This document shows positions 12,001-24,789 of a DNA stretch of 64,000 nucleotides, piece after piece. Below the pieces are notes generated by a model. That model was not told where the DNA came from. It was given only the letters and a program-made list of their open reading frames with translations, and ran no database searches. Made by a program: the position numbers and the translations under genes. The stretch lies in the NCBI GenBank assembly GCA_035084275.1, contig CM068751.1, positions 3,472,001 to 3,536,000 of the forward strand. The letters run 5' to 3'. The stretch is from Hydrolagus colliei. Taxonomy: Eukaryota. The stretch's first letter is position 1. The number at the start of each line of letters is the position of its first letter.

Positions 12001-12544
12001 ACTGAACTCATACTGAAGAAACGAACGTACTTACCAAATTAAAAAGTGTGTTTGACTCTGTGTGATTCAGAATAGGGCGGATTAGCTACAGCAGCAAAGT
12101 CTCAACTCGGCCAAAGAGACCTTAACACAATTTTCTTCTGCTTATCGGAGTTCCCATGAATCAGTGTGAAACTCATTTTTGGTTAGAGGCGGGAGTCACC
12201 ATGCGCAGCGACAACAACAACAACTTGCATTTATATGCTGCCCTTTACACGGGATTGTTTTAATATGCAACTCTCGTGTGTCCATTTGAAATATGACTGG
12301 AGATCAGGGCGCAAATACATTCATCCTTTTAGTGCATTCCCCTATTCTCCACACACAAGGATGAGTCATACCATCATCCCTTAACCAATTATGAACTGTC
12401 AATAACACTAGTGAATTCTTACTCAGACCGACACTCGTCTGTGCAAGTGACAGATATGGAAAAACAATGGGGTAATCAGTGCACCCACAGAGGTTAATTC
12501 TAACGTTAAAATTCAACATCTATTGTGTTTCCAATAAATCACGG

Positions 12545-12915
12545 TTTGCTTTATTTCAACAATTTACACTGGTATAGCATCACTCACACCGGGAGAACGT
12601 CTCAACATGCTTCACACAAAATGAGTCGGAGCCCAAGCTGGAAGGGAGCGAAGCGGAAAATGGAGGGATTTGGGGAGAATGTTTCAGAGGGATGGGGCAG
12701 CTAGCAAAGGGGTTGAAGGCTTGACAGCTAATGATGAATAGGACTGGATGGAAATCATGATGAAGAATGGAGTTGGCTGAGTGGAGGCAGTGGGTGAGGG
12801 AGGAGGATCACAGATGATTATGGAGATGGGGAGTGCAGAGCCAGAGAGGCATTTGAAGCTGGAGGCATGGATTTTAAAATTGATCTGTTGGGATAGAGGA
12901 AGTAAGTGGTGGATG
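12545..12915 (-). mobile_element. Old degraded L2 3' fragment
   Basis: Purine-rich tract with GGATTTTAAAATTGATCTG (reverse QINFKI) and a tail remnant. Confidence 0.55.
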
Positions 12916-15509
12916 GGGAGATGGACTCACCATTGGACTCTGGTCCCTATTCAAAAATAATTTAGTGCAAAAAAGGTCTTTCAAATCCTCCAGGCGCAAT
13001 CTGCAGGCACGAGTCCATCAGTCTTGTTCCCTTAAAGCTATTCAATTGTCTTTGCACCAGTAAGATTCTAATGCTCTTATTTTTAAACATTATTCTTCAT
13101 TGCCGATGATCTCTATTTGATACAGTCAAGATTCATCTGCTGTTAATGTGTAAAAATTCATCCCAAACACTCAGTCGAGGTCCTGCATCGCTAAAGAAAA
13201 AATACAAACTTACATCTGGGAGCACTACTGTTTTTCTTTGTGAGCTGCGTTGAGTGGTTTTGATTGTAAATCAGCAGGATACTTAATGAGCTTTTCTGAC
13301 CCTCAAGCAATCCTGTCTACTCCAGCTGACATGAAAAAATTACCTTCAATTGCATGTCGACTTTTGACAGTGCTCTTTGTTGGTCAGATAAATAGTTTTT
13401 TTTTAGAATTAATTGATTATGAAATGATGTACCCATTAAACAAATGCAAATGTGATTGTTCCAGTATGTGTAAGAGGTCTATGACTGATGGTTTTAGAAT
13501 AGGTAATTGGATCTTTAGCTGCTTGCATTGAGAGAGTACATATGCTAACAAGGGCCAGAATAACAGAACCCAATGTTCATAGTCACATTATAATTATTGA
13601 CTGCTGCTGCATTACTCCCATTTTAATTCATGTTCTCCCTGGGCTCTCTTCATTTTGTTTCGCTGGTTAAGGCTTCAGGCTGCAGGCTTCATGACCACCA
13701 ATAATGTTCCTCAATGATCAGCAATCAGCAGCTGTGATTCAAGCGTAGTGAGCGGAAAAAATATCACTGTTCATCTCCTGTGGTGATCACACACCTCCCC
13801 TCACCACCTGGTGATTCATACAAATGTTTTGCCGAAATGTGGAAAAAAAACCAACATCTGATATGCTTGGGCAGTATTTTGGGGGCAGTAATGGAAGAGG
13901 GACTGTTGTATCAGTGTTATTCTGATCCCGACTGTTCAGCGCCTTGGGACGCTGTCCTCCCGACATGAAAGGCGCTTTACAAAAGTAATTTTGTTGTTGT
14001 TATTATTATTATGTTCACCAGACCAACCAAAACATTGACCATGAAGGAATTGTCCGGCAATGTGATCACATCACAAGAGATAATCACCTGTCTCACCTCA
14101 TCGTTGTAGAACTCACTGTTGCCTCACAGTATATCCAACCAGTCAGATAAGTAGCTAAGTTATCCCAATGCTTCCTGAAACAGGCAGCTAAAATTGTCCT
14201 AAATCTCGAGTGCCACGTATATCTTTCTCCATAATTATTATGCCATAACCACTGACACGCACCCTCCCATTGGAAATCATACTGCAACCATCCACTCGAT
14301 GAAGCATTAGCCATTCATCATCAAGGAAATTTCAAACATTTTACCACAGAGGTACCAGCTCAGGGTACCTATATTCTATATAGGTATTCTATATATAGAA
14401 TAGCAGCCTCCAGACCGGGAGTTACACACAGCAATTCTATCACATTCACGGGCTATCACAAATCACAAGAACAAGCTAATACAGGTTATGAATATGGTCT
14501 GAGCCCAGTGAAATTATTGCCTTTCACTTCTCTCACTTGCTCATTAATTATATAAAGTATGTCTTGTTCATTAAAGTGAGAGGATCATTTGTAGGCCTTA
14601 TAAAATCATTTATGATTAACTTTAATTTTCCCTCCCATTTTTCTTTAATCAGTCAGTCCTTACTACTTAGTCGGTGATATTGGTTTGGGAGACCGAGAGA
14701 ATCTAATAGAACAAGGAAGCTGAATTAACATCCACAAGAAAAAAATACACAATAGCCAATGTGCTCTAGGTTAATAAATTCTATTGATGTAAATTCAACT
14801 CTCACACTGTCGGGCTCATCCTTTGTAATCACTGCCAAAGGGAAACTGTGTTTTATTAAACTGTCACATACTGTTAAATGTTACAAAGGAAGAAAAAACT
14901 AATATCATCTGCTGAATTGTGTTGGCATGACAGACCCCTTGCTTGCATCAGTAGTTACATCTAATGGATTAAAAAAAAATTATTCGGGGAGATTATTTGC
15001 GTTTTCTTAAAAAAAACACAATTGAGGATGACGCTTCAAGAAAGTTCACAAGGTAGATGGCACTATTGGTGGCTCAGCTTTCTGGTTCTATGTCTCCAAC
15101 TTCTGGGGCTACCCCCCTTCCCCCACCTCTGTTTTAGGGAGAAGGGTAATATTCACACGAGTTTCATCCTTAAAATGTGAGTTTATTTCAAATGAACAAT
15201 TCAAAATCCAAATTGTTTTGGAGAGATAATTTTTTTTATTGGTAAATGTACTGAAAATTCAAGTGCATGAATTCGAAACTCGAAAGTTTATAAAAGGAAA
15301 AGGTTCTTGAAGTCAAATGGGTCCATACTTGCCACCTAATATATAACAATGGACAAAGGAACAATGGTTTCAGTGTGCCAAGCGTGACCTAGGATATTAG
15401 TTTCCATATCGAGATTATCTGAGACATCTACAACCCATGCAAAGAGCAACAGGTGATTTAAATGAAAATTACATTTAAAGATATATTATGGATATCTCCA
15501 TTTAAATAT

Positions 15510-15615
15510 TTTGCCCCCAAAATATACAGTCAATTCACTTTACAGTACATTCGGTGAAACACTATGAGACATCTCAAAGAGGTGATAAGGCGCCATAGCA
15601 AGTGCAAGGATCATT
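15510..15615 (+). mobile_element. SINE 3' fragment
   Basis: AATATACAGTCAATTCACTTTACAGTA...GCAAGGA matches the family tail. Confidence 0.75.
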
Positions 15616-16543
15616 TTCATTCTTTATTGCAATGCTTCAAATAGGCTAAAACAGAGGAGAATTGCATCCCTGCCCAACTGCAGCCAAGCAATCTGCCCGA
15701 CGAAACAGGTTAATTTATTATGCAAATATTCAAAGTGTTATGATTTTGAAAGTAGGCCTACATTATTCGGCGTCTTCAGTATACATAAATTTCCATGGAC
15801 CTGAATTCTTGAGCATATGTGTCCCAGCTTTTCTTGAGTTGCCAGACCATTAAAAAATTACTTTGGCAAAGAAATGTGTGGTTGTGTGTGGGAGTGAATG
15901 TGTTGTGCCCACGAAGCAGATTAAAAAAAATACCAGATGTTTACTGAGGACTTAACAGCTTGTGAGCTCCTTCAATTTAGATCTAGTGTTAAAGAAAATA
16001 TAACAACACATGATAATGTTCTTATTCAGCTTTGAGAGCTCTCTTTTTTGCAATAATGCTTGGCAACACACTCAAACACACTTTCCACACATCTCAGAGC
16101 AACCTGGGAGAGAATATTTGGTGTGGAATCAATGTTTTGGTATCATGAATGTGCCCTCCAGTCTGTACAGAAATCTCCATTTAAAACATTTGGCAACCAA
16201 ATTCAATAATACATTTTCCCTTAAACCAAAATTTACTAAAGTAATCAAAATGACATTAAAACCAATCAGAATCCTTTTGATTTGATTTTTTTTAATAAAG
16301 AAAAAGCACAGACAGCAAGTCATCCTCTTTAATGAGTTCAGTTTCAGTGTACGCGCTATTAACAATTTCCAGCAGTTTACTTTGATAGGATTATTTTGCC
16401 TCCAGCAATGGGTACCAATATAAGCCTTAAAGGTTCGACAGCTGTCACTATTTCACTGAAGAACAGCCATTTAACAATGCGGCATTGTCGAGGTTGCAGC
16501 AGAGAGTGTTATATACTCACTGTGCCTACGGGCAACTCTCCTT

Positions 16544-16565
16544 CCCCCCCCCCCCCCCCCCCCCC
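16544..16565 (+). repeat. Poly-C run
   Basis: About 22 consecutive C. Confidence 0.9.
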
Positions 16566-18089
16566 ACCATTTCTACCCAGCTCGGCCACCACCTATCTTT
16601 GTAAAGCACCCAAGTTGTTATTGATGTAAAATAATGCAAAATCTTTTAACCCTTGCAGGTGTTACATTCATCTCCTGAGAAACAGTAAACATTAGCAGGA
16701 CTCCACATTGCTGGTTCCAAAGTCTGTTAAAACACATAGAATCCACTGCACCTCATCAAAGAGCTGCAGTGAATGTATTATTTGCAGTAAACTACTGACC
16801 ACTTCAAAAATAGAACAGTCCATATTAACATTTAAATGTTATAATCCCGCCATTTAAGGCCATATAAACCCTCATATTGTATTTGAGGCCATCACTGCTT
16901 CACTTGCTCCCCGTCCCGCAGATATACAAATGCAATTTGTTGTGGTGGTTGTTCACTTGAGAACTGAACAGAGGCTGGAGCCATGTGCTTTCTGACTGGA
17001 GAAGAAATGCTGGCTGGGAATCAAGGAGCCACGTACAAGCTGTAAGATCGAGAGCTGCAATCAGCAAGGCCGGCAAGTTGTGACAATAATGGCCTGTATT
17101 ATTTTCTACAGGTGCAATATTGAACTATCTGTTCACACTGGCACTCATCAAGTGAAGACCAAGTGACAGCTGGCAGCTCAGTGTTGGTCCCACGCTGAGT
17201 TATCTGTACCTGACAGAGCCCAGCAGATTAGTTAGCAACCCATTGCACTGTGAAAATGCTAGCTATTTTGTGATGCCAGCACTACCTCAGTCAGATTACC
17301 TTTTTCCTGCCGTTCTAAGATTTTCATTCTAACTTTGTGCCCGCGGAGGCTGCCTAATATCAATTTCTGTTTCTCTCAATACCAGAATTCACTTTACTGA
17401 TAAAACAAGAGTTGAGATCTTGGGAGAGAAGGGAGAGAACACTGGTAGAACAGGCCTTTCAAATATCTACAGTCTATTAAATCCTGAAATATATTTTTCG
17501 TTCTTGCAACTTCATTGTTATTCATTGGCAATTATTGAACCATCTACAATAACTGTGAGGTAAAAATGGGCAATTTTACATCAAATTTTAAAGATTAGTT
17601 TTCAGCATATGGTTACAGTGAAACCAGTCATAATAATGTACTTGTATGTTTCCAAATAGCCCCTGGATTTGAAGCAAATCAGTACCGTACTTAGTGCGTA
17701 GTATCTGTCAGTCATCTGACACAAAGACTATACTTTTTGTTTAAAAGAGGGAATTAGCTCAGCAGTGTCTAAGGAATTTAAGTTCTGAGATTTAGTTGAA
17801 GACACAATTAAGGTTATCTTGTCCATAAGAGAGTTGCTAGACCTTTTGGGGCCCTTGTGTTTAGGTGTATGGCAATTTAAGTCTATTTATTTAGAATATT
17901 TCCACCCCCTTCTCTTTCTTTATTACGTAGTTTACCTGGGACAACCTGCAGACAAATGTGAGAGGTATTTTTACCCCAACAAGGCCCACAAACAGCCTTG
18001 AGGAGAATGGCAAATATTATTCTAAATCGTGTTGACCAGGAACACTAGGAGGAATTCATTGCAAATAGTAATAGATATCTATATATATA

Positions 18090-18688
18090 TTATCCATGAC
18101 CCGATCAACCATAACTTCCGTATAACAGGCACCTCAAAAAAAGGTGCCCATTCGATTAATCGGGTCTTTTCCGGCACAGTCACATTTTTTTCTCTCGGAT
18201 TAGTATTTTGGTATGCTGCTGCTAGTGCCTGAAGGTGGTGCTGCTGTTTTTTCCCCTCACAACAAGTACAGTACGATTATTTTTGAATGCTGCGGTAGGT
18301 GGGGAGAGAGGGAAGGAAGGAGAGAGAGGTGGGGGAGAGCAGGGGAGAGAGAGAAAGAGGGGGTGAATTGATTAATTTAGATGGAAAATGAAAGGAGTGG
18401 AGGGGTGTTGGGTTTGGAGCCATTGAGTGTGTGTGTGAAAGAGAGAGAGAGGGAAGGAGGGAGAGAAAGAAAAAAACCTTTGATTGTGTGCTGTGTTTAT
18501 TGACTGTAATCGATATTTATTGCTTTATTGGTAAGTATCCATACAATATTCTGTTATTATTTAGTTTATTATTAATATGGTATTTTATTAATTTTTTTAA
18601 TTTATGTTGCGTTTTCGGCCGAATATCCAGCATGCGCTTTAACCGGCATTGGCCAGACCCCGAGGGTGCCGGATAAACAGGCTTTTAC
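18090..18688. mobile_element. Tigger/pogo-like MITE, sharing its right end with 58410-58822; left end uncertain
   Basis: Shared GCTTTATTGGTAAGTATCCATACAATATTCT and CCCGAGGGTGCC(G/A)GATAA; ends GCTTTTAC. Confidence 0.65.
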
Positions 18689-18717
18689 ATTATATATAAT
18701 AACACAATGCCATACGA

Positions 18718-18758
18718 TTCTTTAACTTCCACCTGAACTGCAGGTGAAAGTTAAAGAA
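18718..18758. repeat. Inverted repeat, 18-bp arms with one mismatch, 5-nt loop
   Basis: TTCTTTAACTTCCACCTG-AACTG-CAGGTGAAAGTTAAAGAA. Confidence 0.9.
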
Positions 18759-18765
18759 CTTGGAT

Positions 18766-19033
18766 TAATAATAATCCTTGCATTTGATATCGCACTTTTC
18801 AAGTCTTCTAAGCATCTCAAAGCGCTTCACAGAATATACTGTAAAGTGAATTGACGATATTTGTGGGCAAAACGCGGCAGCCAATTGCATACAGCAGTGT
18901 CCCACAAACAGTTGTGGACTGAGTGATCAAATTATTATTTGGGTTTTTTCTTGAGGGATTATTATCAGGCATGTTTGAACCTAGGCCTCTCGCATGCAAG
19001 GAGAGTGCTCTAACCACTGAACTACAAGACTCC
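18766..19033 (-). mobile_element. tRNA-derived Deu-like SINE with internal deletion
   Basis: TAATAATAATCCTTGCATTTG...GCTCTAACCACTGA is the reverse complement of the family tail and head. Confidence 0.9.
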
Positions 19034-20703
19034 ACTTGACACATTATCTAAAAAATGGGACTTCCGACAATGCAGGCCTAAACTATGAGCTAAATTCCTC
19101 AAATTAGGGTTGAGCGCCACAAACCTTCTGATCCCGAGCTACAAACTGAGTCAAGGTAACACCTAACAAACCCCACAAATGAAACAAAGCAATTGTGAAA
19201 TAAAGATAAACCCATTGAGTTTATGAAATAATCTCTAGTTACCATGATTAACGGTGGACAAAGAGCCCAAGTGACTGGTTAAACCTTTGCTCTTGGATTT
19301 CAGTTGTCCACCTTATCTTCACTTGAGCAAAACAGTCGGCAAATATGTCCAGTATTATTTAAGCCTGGCTAACTCTGGAGATGCGCACCACACAGCAGTA
19401 AATAAATAATCAATTTAAGCCGTGGGAACAATAATTGATAAATGAGTCTTGTCTGTTTTCATCAAGCAACTCTTATTTTACAAGGAACTGCGAGATATTA
19501 AAAAGCAAGCATAGTACATCATCAAGTCTAGGTCATCGTTGAACAGGTATAATTTACACCAGTCTGTCCTTGAATTATTATTGCTCACATTGCCAGTTAA
19601 TACCAGTGGGCTTTTTCACAAAGCAGCTGGTTAAAACAATGACAGATGCATCAAAGATATATAGTATGTGAACCGGGCGAATAAATGTTACGCAGAGGAC
19701 AAATCACAGGTTCAAATTAACATTGCGGGAGACAGTTTCTCTGCATGGGTCATCTCCTTTCCATTACTTCTCTAAATTCATAGGCTTATCGTGATTGCAC
19801 TAACTTCCTTGTGTCACTTGCTGAGTGAGAGGCATGTGGATCAACTAAGCAGTTCTACTGTGGAAGTCATGGTGTCCAGCAGGTAGACTTTTGATAACCT
19901 CCAAAGTAGGGTTAACTTCAAGGATTCAAATATTCTGTAATGATTGTCTGCAGAATCTGCTTAAACGTGATATGGAGCTGTAACAGGATTATAGTCAAAT
20001 GTCACTGTGTTCTTGCAGCTCTGCGTCTTCTGACTAAAACTGATATGAAACAGTGCAACGTGGCCCTAATTTCCCAGTCCATGTTCACATTACGCAATGT
20101 GCAATTCAGTCGTTCAGTCAATTCAGCTGGGAAAACAGAGATGGGAAAACAACCAAGCCCAGCTCTAAAATGTAGAAATGACCAAAAATATGTAAACGAT
20201 GGATAACAGTGTTTGGAAAATAAAAGTAATTCCCATCCATTCTGTTAAGTTTACTCCCGCTTTAAAATCTCCCTGATTCATTCATTGTCCTCTGGGTGGG
20301 AGAATAGACAGGTTGCTACCAACATTAGTGATTTTTAGGGTGCTGGGATCAGCATGCAGGAGAACCTCTCATCAATTTCCCCTTCTTGTTGTGGAGAGAA
20401 GCAGCCAATGGAATCGAAAGTCAGTGTGAAGCATAGTGACTATAAAAAAAACATTCTGGCCCATTCCACACCAGTTGTCTCCATTTTAATGGAACTATAA
20501 CTTACAGCAGCATGCATTACCCGACTTTCTGTATCTCAAAGATTCATGTTGTGTCAATTTCTGAAGTTCATTTCAAAATCAATTTACAAGCCGTCTGTAT
20601 GGATCCACCATTCGATAGAGTCCTGGTGCCAGTATTTAACCCTTCTCATTGCCAATAATCAAATAATCTTTTCTTCCAAATGTTTCATTATGTGTAGAAA
20701 CAG

Positions 20704-20742
<39 letters not shown>
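20704..20742 (+). repeat. (TC)n microsatellite
   Basis: Read directly from the sequence. Confidence 0.95.
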
Positions 20743-20744
<2 letters not shown>

Positions 20745-21730
20745 CTGATCATATTAGGTTCTGCATTACCAACAGCTTTTTGAATGAACTTTCCCAGCTA
20801 TATCCTTTATTTGCTAAATTGCCATCCCAAAATGAACAGAATTCGATTCAATGCCCAGTAGCATGTTGTAACATTTACACACTGGGATCCACATTGCATG
20901 AATCGCAACCTGGATTTGCAGTGGATTCATAAATATTGAATTCCGACAGTAAGCAGATGTATGTTACGTTGGCTGTGAGAAATCTATTCCAATGTAATAT
21001 CTTTCCAGGTTTTCTTCTCATAACTACAAAATTTGCATCACCAAAATCAGACACCAAACTCTGTATTGTTTCTGATTTATAGCGTGAAAGGCGCTATACA
21101 AATATAATTTTGATATTGCTGTTGTTGTTGTTGCATTGTTTCTGATGTTAGTCGACATACACTTATCATGTCCAATTGTACAAAAAGCATTGATTTCATG
21201 CCGGTAAATTTCAAATAATTTATTCTTTATTTTTTAATCCTTTAGTTTTGTTTGAAACACTTTCTCCATGAAGGGCATTGTTCTCAGAGCTAAGGGAGCC
21301 AGAGTATGGAAACTTCACAAACCCCCTAGACTGAGTTCCTTCAAACATGCTACAAATTGCCGTGATATGGTCCAGTTGCACTACAGGACCCCATAAAGCC
21401 AAAAGCTAATTTGTCAAACTTTAATGAGGTTGAAGGACAACTCCATCCTCCCCTGATGATTTCAGAATGTAGTCTACATGATTCTTCTTCTAGATTAATT
21501 CATTAATAAATGCATAGTGTAATTCTAACATTCCCAGGGTGAGCTACATTTCATTTCAGTCTCACTGGTGCCATTTATTGGGGCCTGGGACTTGCTGTTT
21601 GCTTATTGCATACTTCAGCTTGTCATTTGCATGGAACAGAAACTTCAGTAGTGTAGAGAACAGATGTACCCAATGCCATTGTCACAAAGATGCAAAGTGT
21701 TAGAGGAATGAACTATGAGTAACAGCTAGA

Positions 21731-24075
21731 AAATGAGGTAGGGCAAGGGGAAATGAGGTAGGGCAAGTTCAACAGGTTTCTGTAGGTGAGCATCTAGGGA
21801 ATAGTGACCACAATATCGTTAGATTCAGAATAATTATGGAAAGGGATAAGGAACGATCACAGGTGAGGACACTCAACTGGAAAAGGGCTAATTTCAATGA
21901 GTTGAGGTGGGACCTAGCCAAGGTGGATTGGAAAGAAAATTGGCAGGTAAGACAACTAACGAGCAGTGGGCAGCGTTCAAAGAGGAGATAGTTCAGGCAC
22001 AGGTCAAAAGCATCCCCACAAAGGTGAAATGTAAGGCATCCAAACCTCCCTGGATGACTAAGGAAATCAGGGCCAAAATCAAACAAAAAAAAGAGGCTTA
22101 TGATAAGTGTCAGGCTCAAAATTCAGAAGGGAACAAAGCAGAATATAGGAAGTGTAGGATAGAACTAAAAAAGGAAGTTAGAGGGGCAAAGAGACTGCAT
22201 GAAAAACAATTAGCGAGTAAGATTAAGGGGAACCCTAAGGTTTTTTACCAACATATTAAGAGTAAAAGGTTGGTCAAGGAGAGGGTGGGGCCAATTAGGG
22301 ACCTAGGAGGAAATCTCATTGTGGAGGCAGAGGGCATGGCTGATGTACTGAATGAGTACTTCGCCTCTGTCTTCACAAAAGAAAAGGATACAGCCAATGC
22401 CATGGTATTAGAGGAGAGGGTAGGAGAAATGGATAGAATAATTATAACCAGAGAGGAAGTGCTTAAAAGGTTGACGTCCCTCAAGGTGGATAAGTCACCT
22501 GGTCCGGATGGGATGCACCCTAGGTTACTGAGTGAGGCACGGGAGCAAATAGCAGGGACTCTGGCCACGATCTTTCAATCTTCCTTGGACACAGGGGTCG
22601 TGCCAGAGGACTGGAGGATAGCTAATGTTACTCCCTTGTATAAAAAGGGGCAGAAGGACAAGCCTGGTAACTACAGACCAGTCAGTCTAACGTCGGTAGT
22701 GGGCAAACTTCTAGAGTCCATAATCAGGGACAAGGTAGATCTTCACTTAGAAAGATATAGGCTAATAAAGGACAGTCAACATGGATTTGTTAAAGGCAAA
22801 TCTTGCCTTACAAATCTGATAGAATTTTTTGATGAGGTAACGGAATGGGTGGATAATGGTAGCGCAGTTGATGTAGTTTACATGGACTTTCAAAAGGCAT
22901 TTGACAAAGTGCCACATGAGAGCCTTATTATGAAATTAAAGGCCCATGGCGTAAAAGGGACAGTGGCAGCGTGGATCCACAACTGGCTGCGAGACAGAAA
23001 GCAGAGAGTTGTAGTGAGCGGCTGTTTTTCAGATTGGAGGGAAGTGAGCAGTGGTGTGCCACAGGGATCGGTTTTGGGACCATTGCTGTTTGTAATCTAC
23101 ATCAATGATCTGGACTTGGGTGTACGGAGTACAGTTTCCAAGTTTGCAGATGACACTAAGTTAGGGAGAATAGTAAACAGTGAGGAGGATAGTAGCCATC
23201 TGCAAGAGGATATAGACAAATTGGTAAAGTGGGCAGACACATGGCAGATGAAGTTTAATGCAGAGAAGTGTGAAGTGATGCATTTTGGGAGAAGAAATGA
23301 AGGGAGGCAATATAGGCTAGATAGTACAATTTTAAATGGTGTGAAGGAACAGAGAGACCTGGGGATTTGTGTTAGTGACTCATTGAAGGTGGCAGGACAG
23401 GTAGACAAGGCTGTTAAGAAGGCATATGGGATACTAGGCTTTATAAATAGGGGTATAGAGTACAAAAGTCAGGAAGTGCTGACTAACCTCTATAGGACTT
23501 TGGTGAGGCCTCAGCTGGAATACTGTGTTCAATTCTGGTCACCACACTACAGAAAGGATGTGAAGGCATTGGAAAGGGTACAAAGAAGATTTACTAGGAT
23601 GGTGCCAGGATTGAGGGACTTCAGCTATGAGGAGAGGCTAGATAGGCTAGGGTTATTCTCTCTGGAGCAGAGAAGATTGAGGGGAGACCTAATAGAGGTT
23701 TATAAGATCATGAGGGGTTTCGACAGGGCAAATAGAGAAAAACTATTTCCACTCGTGGGTGAATCTGTGACTCGTGGTCACAGATTTAAAATAGTTTCAA
23801 GGCGCAGTAGAGGGGAGCTGAGGAGAAATTGTTTCACTCAGCGAGTTGTTCGAATCTGGAATGCATTGCCTGAAAAGGTGGTGGAGGCTGATTCGATAAC
23901 AACTTTTAAAAGGGAATTAGATCTTTATTTAGGGAGAACGGGTCTATTAGGCTATGGGGAGTGGGCAGGGCAGTGGGATTGAATCGCTCTTTTCAAAGAG
24001 CCGGCACAGACTAGATGGGCCGAATGGCCTCCTTTTGTGCCGTAAAATTCTATGATTCTATTCTATGATTCTATG
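21731..24075 (+). mobile_element. Young 5'-truncated CR1-clade LINE (end of APE endonuclease, RT, 3'UTR, octamer tail)
   Basis: The 5' part reads GNEVGQVQQVSVGEHLGNSDHNIV (endonuclease SDH motif), followed by the RT ORF. The 3'UTR has the CR1-type GATGGGCCGAATGGCCT segment and ends in (ATTCTATG)n at about 24047-24075. Confidence 0.97.
21907..23982 (+). CDS. CR1 LINE ORF2 reverse transcriptase (partial, TE-encoded; called start is an artefact of a frameshift near 21935)
   Basis: 691-aa open frame with KSPGPDG, NYRPVSLTS, QHGF, DFQKAFDKV, GVPQGSVLGPLLF, FADD, LVRPQLEYCVQFW and CFTQRVVRIWNALP. The upstream endonuclease-end sequence is in another frame, one A short in TGGAAAGAAAATTGGCA. Confidence 0.95.
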   Translation: MGPSQGGLERKLAGKTTNEQWAAFKEEIVQAQVKSIPTKVKCKASKPPWMTKEIRAKIKQKKEAYDKCQAQNSEGNKAEYRKCRIELKKEVRGAKRLHEKQLASKIKGNPKVFYQHIKSKRLVKERVGPIRDLGGNLIVEAEGMADVLNEYFASVFTKEKDTANAMVLEERVGEMDRIIITREEVLKRLTSLKVDKSPGPDGMHPRLLSEAREQIAGTLATIFQSSLDTGVVPEDWRIANVTPLYKKGQKDKPGNYRPVSLTSVVGKLLESIIRDKVDLHLERYRLIKDSQHGFVKGKSCLTNLIEFFDEVTEWVDNGSAVDVVYMDFQKAFDKVPHESLIMKLKAHGVKGTVAAWIHNWLRDRKQRVVVSGCFSDWREVSSGVPQGSVLGPLLFVIYINDLDLGVRSTVSKFADDTKLGRIVNSEEDSSHLQEDIDKLVKWADTWQMKFNAEKCEVMHFGRRNEGRQYRLDSTILNGVKEQRDLGICVSDSLKVAGQVDKAVKKAYGILGFINRGIEYKSQEVLTNLYRTLVRPQLEYCVQFWSPHYRKDVKALERVQRRFTRMVPGLRDFSYEERLDRLGLFSLEQRRLRGDLIEVYKIMRGFDRANREKLFPLVGESVTRGHRFKIVSRRSRGELRRNCFTQRVVRIWNALPEKVVEADSITTFKRELDLYLGRTGLLGYGEWAGQWD

Positions 24076-24424
24076 AAAAGCAAAGAACTCTTCAGTCTTG
24101 AGAGAAGATGATTAACTCAGAGTACATTTCATAGAGGTAGAAATATTTTTAAATTTTAAATGGTATTGAAAAAGTAAATCCAGATCAATACTTTAGGATA
24201 TATCATAATAGTAGAGGAGAACAACAAACAACACAAAAATTACATTTGTAGAGCGCCTTTCATGTCGGGAGGACGTAGGTTTAGTGTTGTAATAGGTCAT
24301 TTCAGGACAAATACCAAGATGTTTCTCTTGATGCAGAAAGGAATCAGTGACCGACAACGGGCTGCCAGGAAAGGTGATAGAGGCCGGGACGATAGACTCA
24401 TTTAAAAAGCAGTTTGATGCAGGT

Positions 24425-24770
24425 CCACTGACTTCCCATCTCCCAGAAGATCAAACTCAAGATCCTGGTCCTCACTTTTAAAGCCTTCCATTGTCTTGCC
24501 TACCTCTTGCCCACTAAAACCTTACCAACTCTACACATTCATTCCACTCAGCGGGCATTGGCTTGCTTCAGGTACACCTCCTTGCCTGCCTAACCATCGG
24601 CAGTTGGGCCTTCAGCCTTTTTGCCTTCACCCACTGGAACTCCATCAATGTCCCATCTCAGCCCTTCACTTTCTTCCTTCAAGGTCCATCTCAAAATCTT
24701 TCTCTTTGACCATTCAGTCATCAACCCCCACACCACCCACCCATCCCACTTGGCCCTGAATGCATTCAGT
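24425..24770 (+). mobile_element. L2 3' fragment
   Basis: CACTGACTTCCCATC..ATCAAACTCAAGATCCTG..GCCTTCAGCC..CTGGAACTCCAT. Confidence 0.8.
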
Positions 24771-24789
24771 CAGCCTCACAGTATAAATT

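Larger units (their letters stand above)
21650..24420 (+). mobile_element. Old degraded CR1 3' fragment, split by the young CR1 and by an L2 tail
   Basis: The left flank reads VRGMNYE*QLE, the right flank ELFSLERR*L, and 24280-24420 reads GHFRTNTKMF..NGLPGKVIEAGTIDSFKKQFD. These are collinear with the CR1 ORF2 C-terminus. Confidence 0.75.

Noticed and set aside
20560-21057. Kinase-like VSDFG on the minus strand, or a very old CR1 trace
   Set aside because: The motif is isolated with no HRD or APE context. The faint CR1-like residues (SVHFG..KDI) are too degraded to call.
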